The notes below the pieces were generated by a model. It did no database searches. It was not told the DNA's origin and worked only from the letters and a program-made list of their open reading frames with translations. A stretch of 62,945 nt of DNA from Myxococcota bacterium (GTDB lineage: Bacteria; Myxococcota_A; Bradymonadia; UBA7976; UBA1532), in contig JAHJCH010000337.1 in the NCBI GenBank assembly GCA_018813065.1, positions 1-62,945 of the forward strand, given 5' to 3'. Of the stretch, positions 14,511 to 23,819 are shown in pieces; the stretch's first letter is position 1; each line of letters starts with the position of its first letter. Made by a program: the position numbers and the translations under genes.

Positions 14511-15431
14511 GTGAAGCCCACCTCGGGTGACGTCGCCAGCGCCGCGGCGCGCATCGGCCCTTGGATTCGCGACACCCCCCTCATTGAGATCCAAGGCCCC
14601 GGCGCGCGCGCCGTCCACCTCAAGCTTGAAGGGATGCAGCGCTCTGGCTCCTTTAAGCTGCGCGGGGCGCTGAACAAGGTGCTCTGCCTTGGATCACAAG
14701 CCGCGCGTGGGGTCGTCACCGCCAGTGGGGGCAACCACGGCCTCGGGCTGGCCTGGGCGGGCTGGCTTCTGGGCCGCCCAGTACACGTCTGCGTCCCTGC
14801 CCGCATCCCCGCCTCCAAGCTGGCGCGGCTGCGCGACGCCGCCGCCACCGTCGAGCTGGTGGATGGCGCCTACCCGCACGCGGAGATCGCCGCCCGCAGC
14901 TACGCCCGCGCCAAGGGCCTGCCCTATATCCACGCCCATGACGACGCCGATGTGATCGCCGGCCAAGGCACCCTGATCAGCGAGATCCTCGACGCGCGCC
15001 CTGACATCGCCACCCTCGTCGTCGCCGTCGGCGGCGGCGGCCTGGCGGCGGGGGCGATCCTCGCCGCGCGGGGGCGGCGGATCATCGGGGTAGAGCCGCT
15101 GGGCGCGCCGACGCTCTATGAGGCCCTCGCCGTCGGCGCGCCGGTGCGCGTCGAGGTCGAGAGCGTGGCCGCCGACGCCCTCGGCGCGGGGGAGGTCGGC
15201 GCCTTACCGCTGGCCCTCTGCGCGGGCAAAATCCACCGCGTCGAGCTGATCCACGACAGCGCGATCATCGAAGCCCAACGCTGGCTGTGGGCGCATCTGC
15301 GTCTCCTCGTCGAGCCGGGGGCGGCCATCACCTTGGCGGCGCTGGCGGAGGGGCGCTTCGACGCTGATCCTGGCCCCATCGCCCTCGTCCTCGGCGGCGC
15401 CAACGTTGACCCTTGCTTCTTGGATCTCTAA
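14511..15431 (+). CDS. PLP-dependent threonine/serine dehydratase-family enzyme
   Basis: Contains the SGSFKLRGA PLP-lysine motif, the GGNHG and GGGGL loops, and has fold-type II length. GTG start. Confidence 0.8.
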   Translation: MKPTSGDVASAAARIGPWIRDTPLIEIQGPGARAVHLKLEGMQRSGSFKLRGALNKVLCLGSQAARGVVTASGGNHGLGLAWAGWLLGRPVHVCVPARIPASKLARLRDAAATVELVDGAYPHAEIAARSYARAKGLPYIHAHDDADVIAGQGTLISEILDARPDIATLVVAVGGGGLAAGAILAARGRRIIGVEPLGAPTLYEALAVGAPVRVEVESVAADALGAGEVGALPLALCAGKIHRVELIHDSAIIEAQRWLWAHLRLLVEPGAAITLAALAEGRFDADPGPIALVLGGANVDPCFLDL

Positions 15432-15435
15432 GCCC

Positions 15436-16230
15436 ATGCCACGCCGCCCCGCGCCCCTCGCCCTCGCCGTGCTGCTCTGCGGCTGCCACCTCGTCCTCAG
15501 CGATCCGGCGCCCTTCAAGGCCAAGCCGGTGGCCGTCGAGGATCTCGGCGTCGAGGATCTCGCCGTGCGCGATCTCTTCATCCCCCCTGACACGCTCGGC
15601 TGCGTCCCCGAGGAGGAGATCTGCGACGGCTTTGACAATGACTGTGATCGTGAGATCGACGAGGCGCCGCCGGGGGAGTGCGCCCCTTGCCTGACGGAGC
15701 GGGGGGTGGGGCGCTGCGTCATCGGCGGCCAGATCTGCTTTCGAGGCGAGCTGATCTGCGCCCGCTGGCTCCCCGAGGGTGGCCCCTCTGCCCCCTGCGA
15801 TCTGCTGGATAACAACTGTGATGGGCGCGTCGATGAGGAGGGCGAGTACACCCCGCTGCGGACGGACGCCGAGGCGCTCTTGGTGACGCGCTGCGGGGCG
15901 GGGCCGGAGCGCTGGGAGCCCTCGGCGGTGGAGGACTGCGACGTGGCCAACCCGCGCCGCGTCGGCTGCCAGCCCGCCCACCCCTGCTATGACCCCGACT
16001 GCCGCGCCCGCGCCGAGAGCGCCCGCGCGGCGGGGGAGGCGGACTGCTTGATCATCTGCGCGCGCCCTGACGCCGCCGAGGCGGGTGACTGCGCGGTGGG
16101 CTGCCGCGCGGCGGTCTTCGATGAGTTCATCGCCCAGCTCTCGGCCTGCCCTCGCCAGGGGGGTGAGGCCGCCACGCGCTGGTCTTGCGTCAACACGGTC
16201 ACGGGGCCAGCCTGCGAGGTCGTGGAGTGA
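15436..16230 (+). CDS. Cys-rich lipoprotein with MopE-like putative metal-binding motifs
   Basis: ATG at 15436 and lipobox LLCGC. CDGFDNDCDREIDE and CDLLDNNCDGRVDE motifs. Confidence 0.65.
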   Translation: MPRRPAPLALAVLLCGCHLVLSDPAPFKAKPVAVEDLGVEDLAVRDLFIPPDTLGCVPEEEICDGFDNDCDREIDEAPPGECAPCLTERGVGRCVIGGQICFRGELICARWLPEGGPSAPCDLLDNNCDGRVDEEGEYTPLRTDAEALLVTRCGAGPERWEPSAVEDCDVANPRRVGCQPAHPCYDPDCRARAESARAAGEADCLIICARPDAAEAGDCAVGCRAAVFDEFIAQLSACPRQGGEAATRWSCVNTVTGPACEVVE

Positions 16231-16281
16231 TCCACGCTTGTCCACGCTTGTCGTGCCCTACAGCCGCCCCGCGAGGCGCCT

Positions 16282-16767
16282 ATGCTCTTGCTCCTGCTCG
16301 CCCTCTCCTCCACGCCGCTGCTGACCGCCGATCTCGTCGAAGAGGCGGGGGGGCTCAGCGCGCGGCTGCGCGCGGCGGTGGCGGCGACGCCGCCGGACGT
16401 TGACGCCGCCGAGGCGCTGATGACGCGCGCGGAGGTGATCCTCGACGCCTACTTCCACGCCCCCAACCTCAAGGCGGAGGCGGCGCGCCCGTTGGCCTTG
16501 AGGCTGAGACCGATCATCCATGACTGGATCAGCGGGCCTACGCCCATCGTGGCCTTGTCCGCCGATGCGCTGCGCTTTCGCCCCGCGCTGCATCGCCGCT
16601 TAGCCGAGGCCCATGAGGCGGCGGGGCGCCTCGACGCGGCGCGCCGCCACCGCGCGGAGGTCTTGGCGGTGATCACCACGCGCGCCGACTTGGCCGCCTG
16701 GGACGCCCTGGAGCGCGGCCTGGGGCGCACCTCCAAGCGCGCCGAGGCCTGGGTGCCGCGCCCTTGA
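16282..16767 (+). CDS. hypothetical protein (signal-like N-terminus)
   Basis: ORF with host-like GC3 bias that fills an otherwise empty gap. No recognisable motif. Confidence 0.45.
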   Translation: MLLLLLALSSTPLLTADLVEEAGGLSARLRAAVAATPPDVDAAEALMTRAEVILDAYFHAPNLKAEAARPLALRLRPIIHDWISGPTPIVALSADALRFRPALHRRLAEAHEAAGRLDAARRHRAEVLAVITTRADLAAWDALERGLGRTSKRAEAWVPRP

Positions 16768-16779
16768 GGAGCCCGTGAG

Positions 16780-17901
16780 ATGAGAACAACCCGCCTCGCC
16801 GCCTGGATCACCCTCATCGCCCTCAGCGCCTGCGATCCTGAGCCGCGTCGATCCACCGCCTTCACCCTCGACGCCCAGGCCTTCACCCCGCTGCAGGACG
16901 CCAGCGTGACGGGCGATGGGGGCAGGCGCCCGGCGTTTCGCTTCCCCTTCCTTGAGGGTGAGGACGAGGCTTTGCTGCGGCTGGGGCTGATCAAGCTCTC
17001 CGCTTGTGGGCTGCCCATCACCTTTGATCAAGTCCTGGGCGAGCTGTTCTTCGTCGAGCGCCTGCGTGAGCGACAGATCCGCGTCGAGGCGACCCGGATG
17101 AGCGCCCCTGGGCGGAGCGTGACGAGCCTCTACCCCCTGCTCGACGCGGCGGCAGAGCTGCGCTGCGTCGTCGAGGCCGCGCGCTGCGATGTGGTTTTGG
17201 GCTGCTTGGGCCTTGTCCCTGACGTGCCCTGCGAGCCCACGACCTTTGAGGACTACTGCGGCGAGGGCAAGGCGGTGCTCTGCGCCCAGCTCCTTGATCT
17301 CAGCGCGCCGGTGATGGAGGCGAGGCGCTCCATCACCATGGTGCGCGACTGCGCGCGGCAGGCCGAGGGCAACCACACCTGCCATGTAAACCTCGACGCC
17401 GACTTTCGGCGGGTCGAGTGTGTCTACGCCACGACCTGCGAGGGGGATTTCCCGCGCTGTGACGGCGAGGCGGTGCTCACCTGCGAGGCGGGGCGGGTCT
17501 TTCGTCGGCGCTGCGATCGCTTCGGCGCCGTCTGCGTCGAGGGCGCCTGTGTCTATGGCCCGGATCACCACTGCGCGCAATATGACGGCGCGCTGCGCCG
17601 CTGCGCGGGCGGGCTCGTCGAGGCCTGCGGCGTATTGGAGATCATGGAGTCGGAGTCTGGCCGAGATCGTGGGGCCTTCAGCGGCGGCCTGGACTGCGGC
17701 GCCGAGGGCTTGGCCTGCGAGGGGATCGACGACTGCGCCCTCGACCCGCCAGAGTGTACCCTCCTGGGCAGCGCGGCCTGTGATCACGACGTCGCCACGC
17801 TCTGCGTCAAGGGCCGCGCCTACGCCGTGGACTGTGGGCAGATCGGCGCCAAGTGCGAGGAGAACGGCGGGCGCCTGCGCTGCCGCCTCGATGACTTTTA
17901 G
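16780..17901 (+). CDS. Cys-rich lipoprotein
   Basis: Lipobox IALSAC, many paired Cys, host codon bias. Confidence 0.6.
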   Translation: MRTTRLAAWITLIALSACDPEPRRSTAFTLDAQAFTPLQDASVTGDGGRRPAFRFPFLEGEDEALLRLGLIKLSACGLPITFDQVLGELFFVERLRERQIRVEATRMSAPGRSVTSLYPLLDAAAELRCVVEAARCDVVLGCLGLVPDVPCEPTTFEDYCGEGKAVLCAQLLDLSAPVMEARRSITMVRDCARQAEGNHTCHVNLDADFRRVECVYATTCEGDFPRCDGEAVLTCEAGRVFRRRCDRFGAVCVEGACVYGPDHHCAQYDGALRRCAGGLVEACGVLEIMESESGRDRGAFSGGLDCGAEGLACEGIDDCALDPPECTLLGSAACDHDVATLCVKGRAYAVDCGQIGAKCEENGGRLRCRLDDF

Positions 17902-18839
17902 AGCAGCTCAAAGGCGCGGTTAAACAGCATCAGCCAAGCCGGGACGCTGAGGATCGACAGCCCCAGCGAGGCGATCACCAGCTGGTTGGAGACGGGGACA
18001 TCGCCTCGGGCGCGCTCGACGATGATCGGGATCGCCGTCAACGGCGGCACGATCGTCATCAGGAAGATCAGGAAGGCGATCTTGGGTGGCGGGCGCGTCG
18101 CCAAGAGCAGGGCGAAGATCACCGCCGGGAAGATCACGTTGCGCAGCGCCAAGAAGGCCAAGATCAGCCGCCCGCGCAGCTGCCCCCGGCGCTTGAAGTC
18201 CACATAGAGGTTGCCGCCGATGAGGATCATCACCAAGGGCAAGGCCAAGGCCCCCAGCATCCGCGCCACGTCCAAGATCACCCCAGGCAAGCGCGGCTTA
18301 AGCCCGCTGAGCACCAACAAGATCGACAGCAGCGTGGCGATAAAGATGGGGTTCATGAGCTTTCGCCATTGAAAAGATCGGCGCGCGACCGCCCGAGGAT
18401 AGAATAAATAGGCGCTGTTAAAGAAAAAAGCGGGCGCGAACAGCGTAAAAATAAAAAGCTCTACGAGGATTGTGCTCTCTTTGGGGAAAATCTGAGGAAT
18501 GACCGCTAATGGTAGAAAAATAAAGTTTGGATAGAGCAAACCTAAAGACAGCTCAGGCTTTTTAATAAATATTCTCGCCAAAAAAACCATAAAAGAGATG
18601 ATGACTGTATATCCAAGCCACCATACTGGCAAAATATACCAATGTTTAAGGCGAGATGGGTCGAACCGGGAGAGAATGTTGACGAAGATCAGCGCGGGCA
18701 CGGAGACATCGATGATCAACGGCGAGAGCACGTCGAGGATCTTTAAAGGGACGACGTCGCGCGAGATGATCCAGAAGCCGACGAGGCCGACGGCGAAGAT
18801 AAGCGTGATGGCTTGGAAGGTGGCGAAGAAGAGGTCCAT
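17898..18839 (-). CDS. AEC (auxin efflux carrier / Mem_trans) family transporter
   Basis: About ten hydrophobic helices. The N-terminus MDLFFATFQAITLIFAVGLVGF... and the C-terminal half are typical of the AEC family. The central part is AT-rich (see findings). Confidence 0.75.
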   Translation of the reverse strand: MDLFFATFQAITLIFAVGLVGFWIISRDVVPLKILDVLSPLIIDVSVPALIFVNILSRFDPSRLKHWYILPVWWLGYTVIISFMVFLARIFIKKPELSLGLLYPNFIFLPLAVIPQIFPKESTILVELFIFTLFAPAFFFNSAYLFYPRAVARRSFQWRKLMNPIFIATLLSILLVLSGLKPRLPGVILDVARMLGALALPLVMILIGGNLYVDFKRRGQLRGRLILAFLALRNVIFPAVIFALLLATRPPPKIAFLIFLMTIVPPLTAIPIIVERARGDVPVSNQLVIASLGLSILSVPAWLMLFNRAFELL

Positions 18840-18899
18840 GGGGGCTCTTGGGGCGTGAGAGGGGGAGAGGGATGCGCGGAGGCGGTGTTGCGTCGCGGC

Positions 18900-21782
18900 T
18901 CAGGGATCGAAGCGGATGCTCTCGACGGAGTAGGACTGTCGGCGCGAGGTGGTGAGATCGCGCAGGGCGAAGTCGCCGTAGTCGAAGTCGCCGTTGACCC
19001 GCACCGAGGTCAACGAGAGCCGCGAGCCGGCGGTGATCTCCTCGGTCCAGACCTCGGGGGGGAAGTCGGGCAGCGTGTACTCCATCACCGCGCCGGGCAG
19101 GGTGTGGCTCCACAGAGGCAGGCCCTCGCCGTTGTAGATATAGAGCACATGCAAATGAGGCTGCTCTTGCGGCCCGTCGAGGCCGGGGTAGGTCGTCCAG
19201 GCGATCCGCCGATCCTCGGGGAAGGCGCCGCCGTCCTCGGGGCTGATCATCCTGGGGGTGCCGATGAAGGGGCCGATGACGATCTCCTCAGGCAGCGCAA
19301 AGAGGCGCGTAAAGGTGACGGTGTAGGGCTGCCAGACCGAGGCATCCACGCGGGCGATCCCCATCCAATACAAGGAGATATCGGGGTCCCAGCCCGCCAA
19401 GTCGGGCAAACCGGTTTTGTCGAAGCGGGGCAGCGGCTCGACCTGATCGGGCTCCAAGGCCCACAGCCCCTCGGGGCCAAAGTCCAAGAAGGCGCGGATC
19501 TCATAGGCGGTGTCGAAGCCCGTCGAGGGGTTCTCAAGGCGGACCGGGCGGGTCTGATCGAGGGGGCGATCCAAGGTCACCTCCAGGCCATCGATCTGGA
19601 TATTGGGGCTGGCGCTGATAAAGCGCTGATAGCCCATCGCCAGGGGGAAGAAGCGCTGGCGCATCCGCGCGTAGGTGATGTCGCCGTCGAGGTAGTCATC
19701 CAGGGCCTCGCCTTCGACGTAGCCCGCCACGGCGATGAGGGCCAGCTCGCCGGGGCGGGTGGTGATGCTAAAGGGGCCATCCTCCAACAAGATCGCCGAG
19801 GGCGAGGGCCAAGGCAGGGTGTTGCGATCATAGATCGAGGTGTGCGTCGTCTCCACAAAGGCGGCGAGGACGAAGCCGGGCTCGCTGGGCTTGCGCAGCG
19901 CTGACATCCCCCGCAGCTCGCCGCTGAGATAGGCGGGCGCCGAGGGCGTCCCCACGCTTGGATCGCCGCCTTGCTGGGGATCGGGATCTTCATCGGAGGG
20001 GTGGGGCATCAGGAAGATCGTCAGGTTTTGGTGGGTGAGCCGCTCATAGGTGCTGACCTCGAAGCCCGCCTTGCCCACCGAGAGGGTCAGCGGCGCGCGC
20101 AGGGCGCCATCGCCGACGCTGGCCTGGCCCGCCTCATCGGTCTTGGCGCTCAAACGCACGCCGCCGGGGCCGGTGACATAGATCGAGGCGCCCTCTACGC
20201 GGCTGTCATCGACGGCGTTGACCACGGTGAGGTTGATCGAGTGGCCGATGGGATCGCCCCAGACGCCGCCGAAGCGGCTATAGGGATCGAAGTACTCAAA
20301 GGCGTCCTCCAAGAAGCCCTGATCCTCAGCGGTGAGGATCTCCAGGTTGGCGGGGCCGAGGCGCCCCGGCGGCGTGCGCGCGGCCGCGCGCTGCTCATCC
20401 AAAACAACCAGGTCTTGAAGGGCCTGACCATTGAGGCGCAGGCTCATCCCCTGGGTGAAGCCCGCCCCTTGGATCTCCACCCAGGTGCCCCCGGAGACGG
20501 CGCCGCGCGCGGGCGTCAGCTGATAGATGTCCACCTCCCGGAAGAACGTCAGCCCCCCTTCGAGGCGCCGCGTCATCGCGCCTTGGCGCGCCAGCACGTC
20601 CACGGCGCCCGGAGCGTGCGGCGGCGCGAGGCAGCGCAGCAGCTGGGGGTGTTGAAGATCACAGAAGACCCGCGCCCCATCGACCTCCACCGTCGTCTCC
20701 TCGGTGAAGCCCGCCCCGCCGAGCAGGAACTCGACGCCGCCCGACTGAGGGATCTGATCAGGGTGAACGCCCACCACCTCGAAGCCGCTGGCCTCGGGAT
20801 CGAGGTAGAGGTAGGCCAAGGGCAGCCGCGCCGCGCCGTTGAGGTTGTCGATCTCCACGTCCACGCGTCCGGGCGCTTGGGCGGGGGGCGCGCGCACGAT
20901 CAAGCGTTGGCGCTCAAAGCCCTCAGAGACCACCTCCGCCGCCGCGTCGCCGAAGCGCGCGGCGCTGTCGGCGAGGAGGCCATGCCCGAAGAGGGTGATC
21001 GACTCACCGCCCGCCAGCCAGCCCCAAGGGGGATCAAGCTCAGAGAGGACCAGGGCCTCGTAATAGAGGAAGGGGGCGTCGAGGACGGCCTCACCGTTGA
21101 TGTTGCGCGCCGACAAGGTCACGGCGCCGGGGGCGTGGGGGGGGGCCAGCACGCGCAAGCCGCCCTCCTCATCGAGCCGGGTGTTGGTGCCGGCCACCCC
21201 GCCGAAGCGCACCTGCGTGGACTCCAAGAGCCCCTCGCCGAGCAAGAGCACCTCGACGCCCCCGGAGGCGGGTGAGGCCAGGGGGCTGACCGCGCTGAGG
21301 CGCACGGGGGCGAAATAGGTGAAGCCCTGGGCCAAGACCCCCGCCTCATCGCCGACCTCCACGCGCACATCCACGACCTCAGCGGGCGCGGGCGGCGCGA
21401 CGCAGCGGAGGTGATTCTCGCTCTCAAAGACCAGATCCCCGCAAGGGCGCTCGCCGAGGAACACGCGGGCCTCGGGGGTGAAGTCCCGCCCGACGAGGCG
21501 CAGCGAGGCGCCGCCGGACACCTCGGCGCGGTTGGGGATGATCGAGTTGAGGAGCGGGCCACGGATGGAGGCGTCGGGGGGCGAGGCGTCGCCGTTGAGG
21601 CGCCCTGCGTCGTCGAGGCCCACCTCGGCCAAGGCGTCACGCGGGGTGGGGCGGGCCAGGCTGACCTCAAGGGGTGAGCCTTGAGGCGGCGCGTCGCAGC
21701 CCAAGAGGGCGAGGGCGGCGAGGCCGAAGAGGTGGGCGAGGTGGGGGAGCGGCGCGCGCATCATCATCCTGCGTCTATTCAT
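18900..21782 (-). CDS. large lipoprotein with multiple IPT/TIG domains
   Basis: ATG at 21780-21782 (MNRRRMMMRAPL...LLGC). Repeated ~85-aa units of the form GGxxLxLxGxGF....V.FG......C......L.C..PP. Confidence 0.75.
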   Translation of the reverse strand: MNRRRMMMRAPLPHLAHLFGLAALALLGCDAPPQGSPLEVSLARPTPRDALAEVGLDDAGRLNGDASPPDASIRGPLLNSIIPNRAEVSGGASLRLVGRDFTPEARVFLGERPCGDLVFESENHLRCVAPPAPAEVVDVRVEVGDEAGVLAQGFTYFAPVRLSAVSPLASPASGGVEVLLLGEGLLESTQVRFGGVAGTNTRLDEEGGLRVLAPPHAPGAVTLSARNINGEAVLDAPFLYYEALVLSELDPPWGWLAGGESITLFGHGLLADSAARFGDAAAEVVSEGFERQRLIVRAPPAQAPGRVDVEIDNLNGAARLPLAYLYLDPEASGFEVVGVHPDQIPQSGGVEFLLGGAGFTEETTVEVDGARVFCDLQHPQLLRCLAPPHAPGAVDVLARQGAMTRRLEGGLTFFREVDIYQLTPARGAVSGGTWVEIQGAGFTQGMSLRLNGQALQDLVVLDEQRAAARTPPGRLGPANLEILTAEDQGFLEDAFEYFDPYSRFGGVWGDPIGHSINLTVVNAVDDSRVEGASIYVTGPGGVRLSAKTDEAGQASVGDGALRAPLTLSVGKAGFEVSTYERLTHQNLTIFLMPHPSDEDPDPQQGGDPSVGTPSAPAYLSGELRGMSALRKPSEPGFVLAAFVETTHTSIYDRNTLPWPSPSAILLEDGPFSITTRPGELALIAVAGYVEGEALDDYLDGDITYARMRQRFFPLAMGYQRFISASPNIQIDGLEVTLDRPLDQTRPVRLENPSTGFDTAYEIRAFLDFGPEGLWALEPDQVEPLPRFDKTGLPDLAGWDPDISLYWMGIARVDASVWQPYTVTFTRLFALPEEIVIGPFIGTPRMISPEDGGAFPEDRRIAWTTYPGLDGPQEQPHLHVLYIYNGEGLPLWSHTLPGAVMEYTLPDFPPEVWTEEITAGSRLSLTSVRVNGDFDYGDFALRDLTTSRRQSYSVESIRFDP

Positions 21783-21930
21783 TCTTTCAGTCTTTTTGTT
21801 TTTTAAATCTAATTTTTTGTTCACACAGTGGCGCGTTCGCGAACACGGCGCGGCCCAAGGCGCGCAGCGTAGCAAAGAGAGCGTGTCCGCCGCGCCTTTT
21901 CCTTTGACACGCGCGTGGCGCGTGGCTAAC

Positions 21931-21948
21931 TTTCAGAAAGTTCTGAAA
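21931..21948. promoter_or_regulatory. palindromic operator candidate TTTCAGAA-AG-TTCTGAAA (TTCAG-N6-CTGAA)
   Basis: Perfect 8+8 inverted repeat ending 21 nt upstream of the GbsR/MarR ATG (21970). Confidence 0.55.
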
Positions 21949-21969
21949 CATAAGAAACCCGCGAGGCCC

Positions 21970-22461
21970 ATGGACAGCGACAAGCAAGCCGAGTTTATCG
22001 AGACGTGGGGTGCCATGGGCGCGCTGTGGGGGATTAACCGATCCATGGCGCGGATTCACGCGCTCTTGATCACCCAAGAGGCGCCGCTGAGCCTCGACGA
22101 GATCAGCGAGCGGCTCCAGATCAGCCGAGGCAACGCCAGCATGTCGCTCAAAGATCTGCGCGCCTGGGGGGTGATCCAGCGGGTACACATCAACGGCGAG
22201 CGCAAGGACTTCTACGTCACCGCGCCGGACATGTGGGAGATGTTCTTCGCCATCCTGCGTGAGCGCAAGCGCCGCGAGTTCGATCCCGCCCTCAGCGCCG
22301 TGCGTGAGGCGCTGGCCGAGGCGAGCGGCGGCGGCGAGGTGGTGGAGGCGCGGCTGAAGCAGATGCTGGAGCTGCTCCAGACGGGGGAGCGGGCGATCAA
22401 CCGCCTCTTGGCCCATGAGGGCGCCAGCAAGGCGTTCTTGGGGCTCTTGGCGGGCTTTTAG
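21970..22461 (+). CDS. GbsR/MarR-family winged-helix transcriptional regulator
   Basis: MDSDKQAEFIETWGAMGALWGINRSMARIHALLI...LSLDEISERLQISRGNASMSLKDLRAWGVI is typical of GbsR-type regulators. A palindromic operator lies upstream. Confidence 0.75.
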   Translation: MDSDKQAEFIETWGAMGALWGINRSMARIHALLITQEAPLSLDEISERLQISRGNASMSLKDLRAWGVIQRVHINGERKDFYVTAPDMWEMFFAILRERKRREFDPALSAVREALAEASGGGEVVEARLKQMLELLQTGERAINRLLAHEGASKAFLGLLAGF

Positions 22462-22473
22462 TCCTTACAAGGC

Positions 22474-22496
22474 GGGCGCGGCGCGCCCTTTTTTTT
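22474..22496 (+). terminator. rho-independent terminator after the GbsR/MarR gene
   Basis: GC-rich palindrome gggcgcggcgcgccc followed by T8, 12 nt after the stop codon. Confidence 0.65.
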
Positions 22497-22505
22497 GCCC
22501 ATTGC

Positions 22506-22523
22506 GTTCAGTTTATTCTGAAC
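22506..22523. promoter_or_regulatory. second operator candidate GTTCAG-TTTATT-CTGAAC (TTCAG-N6-CTGAA)
   Basis: Same half-sites and spacing as 21931-21948. Lies immediately upstream of the SD/ATG of the SDR gene. Confidence 0.5.
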
Positions 22524-22536
22524 AAGGAGAATCTTA

Positions 22537-23448
22537 ATGTCCGATCTGCACGCCGTCACCGGCGCCTTTGGCTACAGCGGCCGACACATCACCGCCCGCC
22601 TGCTCAGCGCGGGGCATACGGTGCGCACGCTGACGGGGCACACCCACCGCCAGGACCCCTTCAATGGCCGCGTGGAGGTCAAGCCCTTCCGCTTCGACGA
22701 CCCAGCGGCGCTGGCCGCCAGCCTGGAGGGCGTCAAGGTGCTCTACAACACCTATTGGGTGCGCTTTGAGTACGGCCAGACGACCTTCGCGGCGGCGGTG
22801 CGCCACAGCGAGGCGTTGATCGCGGCGGCCAAGGCGGCGGGCGTCGAGCGGATCGTACACACCAGCATCACGCGCCCCAGCGCGGACAGCCCGCTGCCGT
22901 ACTTCAGCGGCAAGGCGGCGGTGGAGCAAGCGCTGATCTCCTCGGGGATCTCCTACGCGATCCTGCGCCCCGCCGTCTTCTTTGGGGGCCGCGACGTGCT
23001 GCTCAATAACATCGCCTGGACGCTGCGCCGTTTGCCGCTCTTTGGCGTCGCGCGTGGCGGCGAATACAGCATCCAGCCGATCCACGTTGAGGACTTCGCC
23101 GCGCTGGCGCTCAAGCATGGGGCCAGCCGCGAGGACGTCACCCTGGACGCCGTGGGGCCGGAGACATACACCTTCAACGCCCTGGTGCGCCTCATCGCCG
23201 CCTCCATTGGCCGCCCTGCGCGGCTGATCAACCTCCCTGATGCCTTGGTCTTGGCGGTTGGTCGCCTGATCGGTCGAATCACGGGCGATATCATCCTCAC
23301 CCGCGATGAGATCGAGGGGCTCAGCGCGAACCTCTTGATCTCCGAGGCGCCGCCCACGGGGGAGACGCGCCTGAGCGTCTGGCTGAAGGCCCACGCGGCG
23401 GAGCTGGGCGTGGCCTACGCCTCCGAGGTCGCCCGCCACTTTGCTTGA
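22537..23448 (+). CDS. NAD(P)H-binding SDR/NmrA-like oxidoreductase
   Basis: N-terminal VTGAFGYSGRHI Rossmann motif and atypical-SDR length. AAGGAGA Shine-Dalgarno 7 nt upstream. Confidence 0.8.
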   Translation: MSDLHAVTGAFGYSGRHITARLLSAGHTVRTLTGHTHRQDPFNGRVEVKPFRFDDPAALAASLEGVKVLYNTYWVRFEYGQTTFAAAVRHSEALIAAAKAAGVERIVHTSITRPSADSPLPYFSGKAAVEQALISSGISYAILRPAVFFGGRDVLLNNIAWTLRRLPLFGVARGGEYSIQPIHVEDFAALALKHGASREDVTLDAVGPETYTFNALVRLIAASIGRPARLINLPDALVLAVGRLIGRITGDIILTRDEIEGLSANLLISEAPPTGETRLSVWLKAHAAELGVAYASEVARHFA

Positions 23449-23670
23449 TTAAGCCTTGATCCAATCTCGTGTGAATTTAATCGCCAACAAGAACAGCGGC
23501 GTGGCGTGCATCAAGAGGTCAAAGATATCAATTGGCTTTTTGAGCTTTCGTTCTTTAAGCATCCTCAGCTTTTCAAAGAGGTGTGGCTCAGGCAGGAAGG
23601 GTGAGAGCCCCAATAAGAGGGCGATCATCATCAAATTTGAGTAACTCATCTGATCCAAGAAGTCGAACAC
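23449..23670 (-). CDS. small AT-rich two-helix membrane protein (conserved-looking, function unknown)
   Basis: MSYSNLMMIALLLGLSPFLPEPHLFEKL...IDIFDLLMHATPLFLL. Its stop directly abuts the stop of the convergent SDR gene. Confidence 0.4.
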   Translation of the reverse strand: MFDFLDQMSYSNLMMIALLLGLSPFLPEPHLFEKLRMLKERKLKKPIDIFDLLMHATPLFLLAIKFTRDWIKA

Positions 23671-23819
23671 AGCGGGCTCCCTTGACTTGAGGCGCCCAAG
23701 ATAAAGCCTCCTCTCCTTTGCGTCGAACGGAAATTGATTCGCGACATCTGGCGCGATTTCGCTTGGCCCTCTCTGGGCCCTGCGCGTTAATAAGACGGCT
23801 CAATTCAAAGGAGAAGCCG

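Noticed and set aside
23740-23760. A possible sigma-54 promoter (TGGCGC-N5-CGCTT) upstream of the giant lipoprotein gene.
   Set aside because: The GG/GC spacing is off by one relative to TGGCAC-N5-TTGC and the -12 element is poor. This is not enough evidence.
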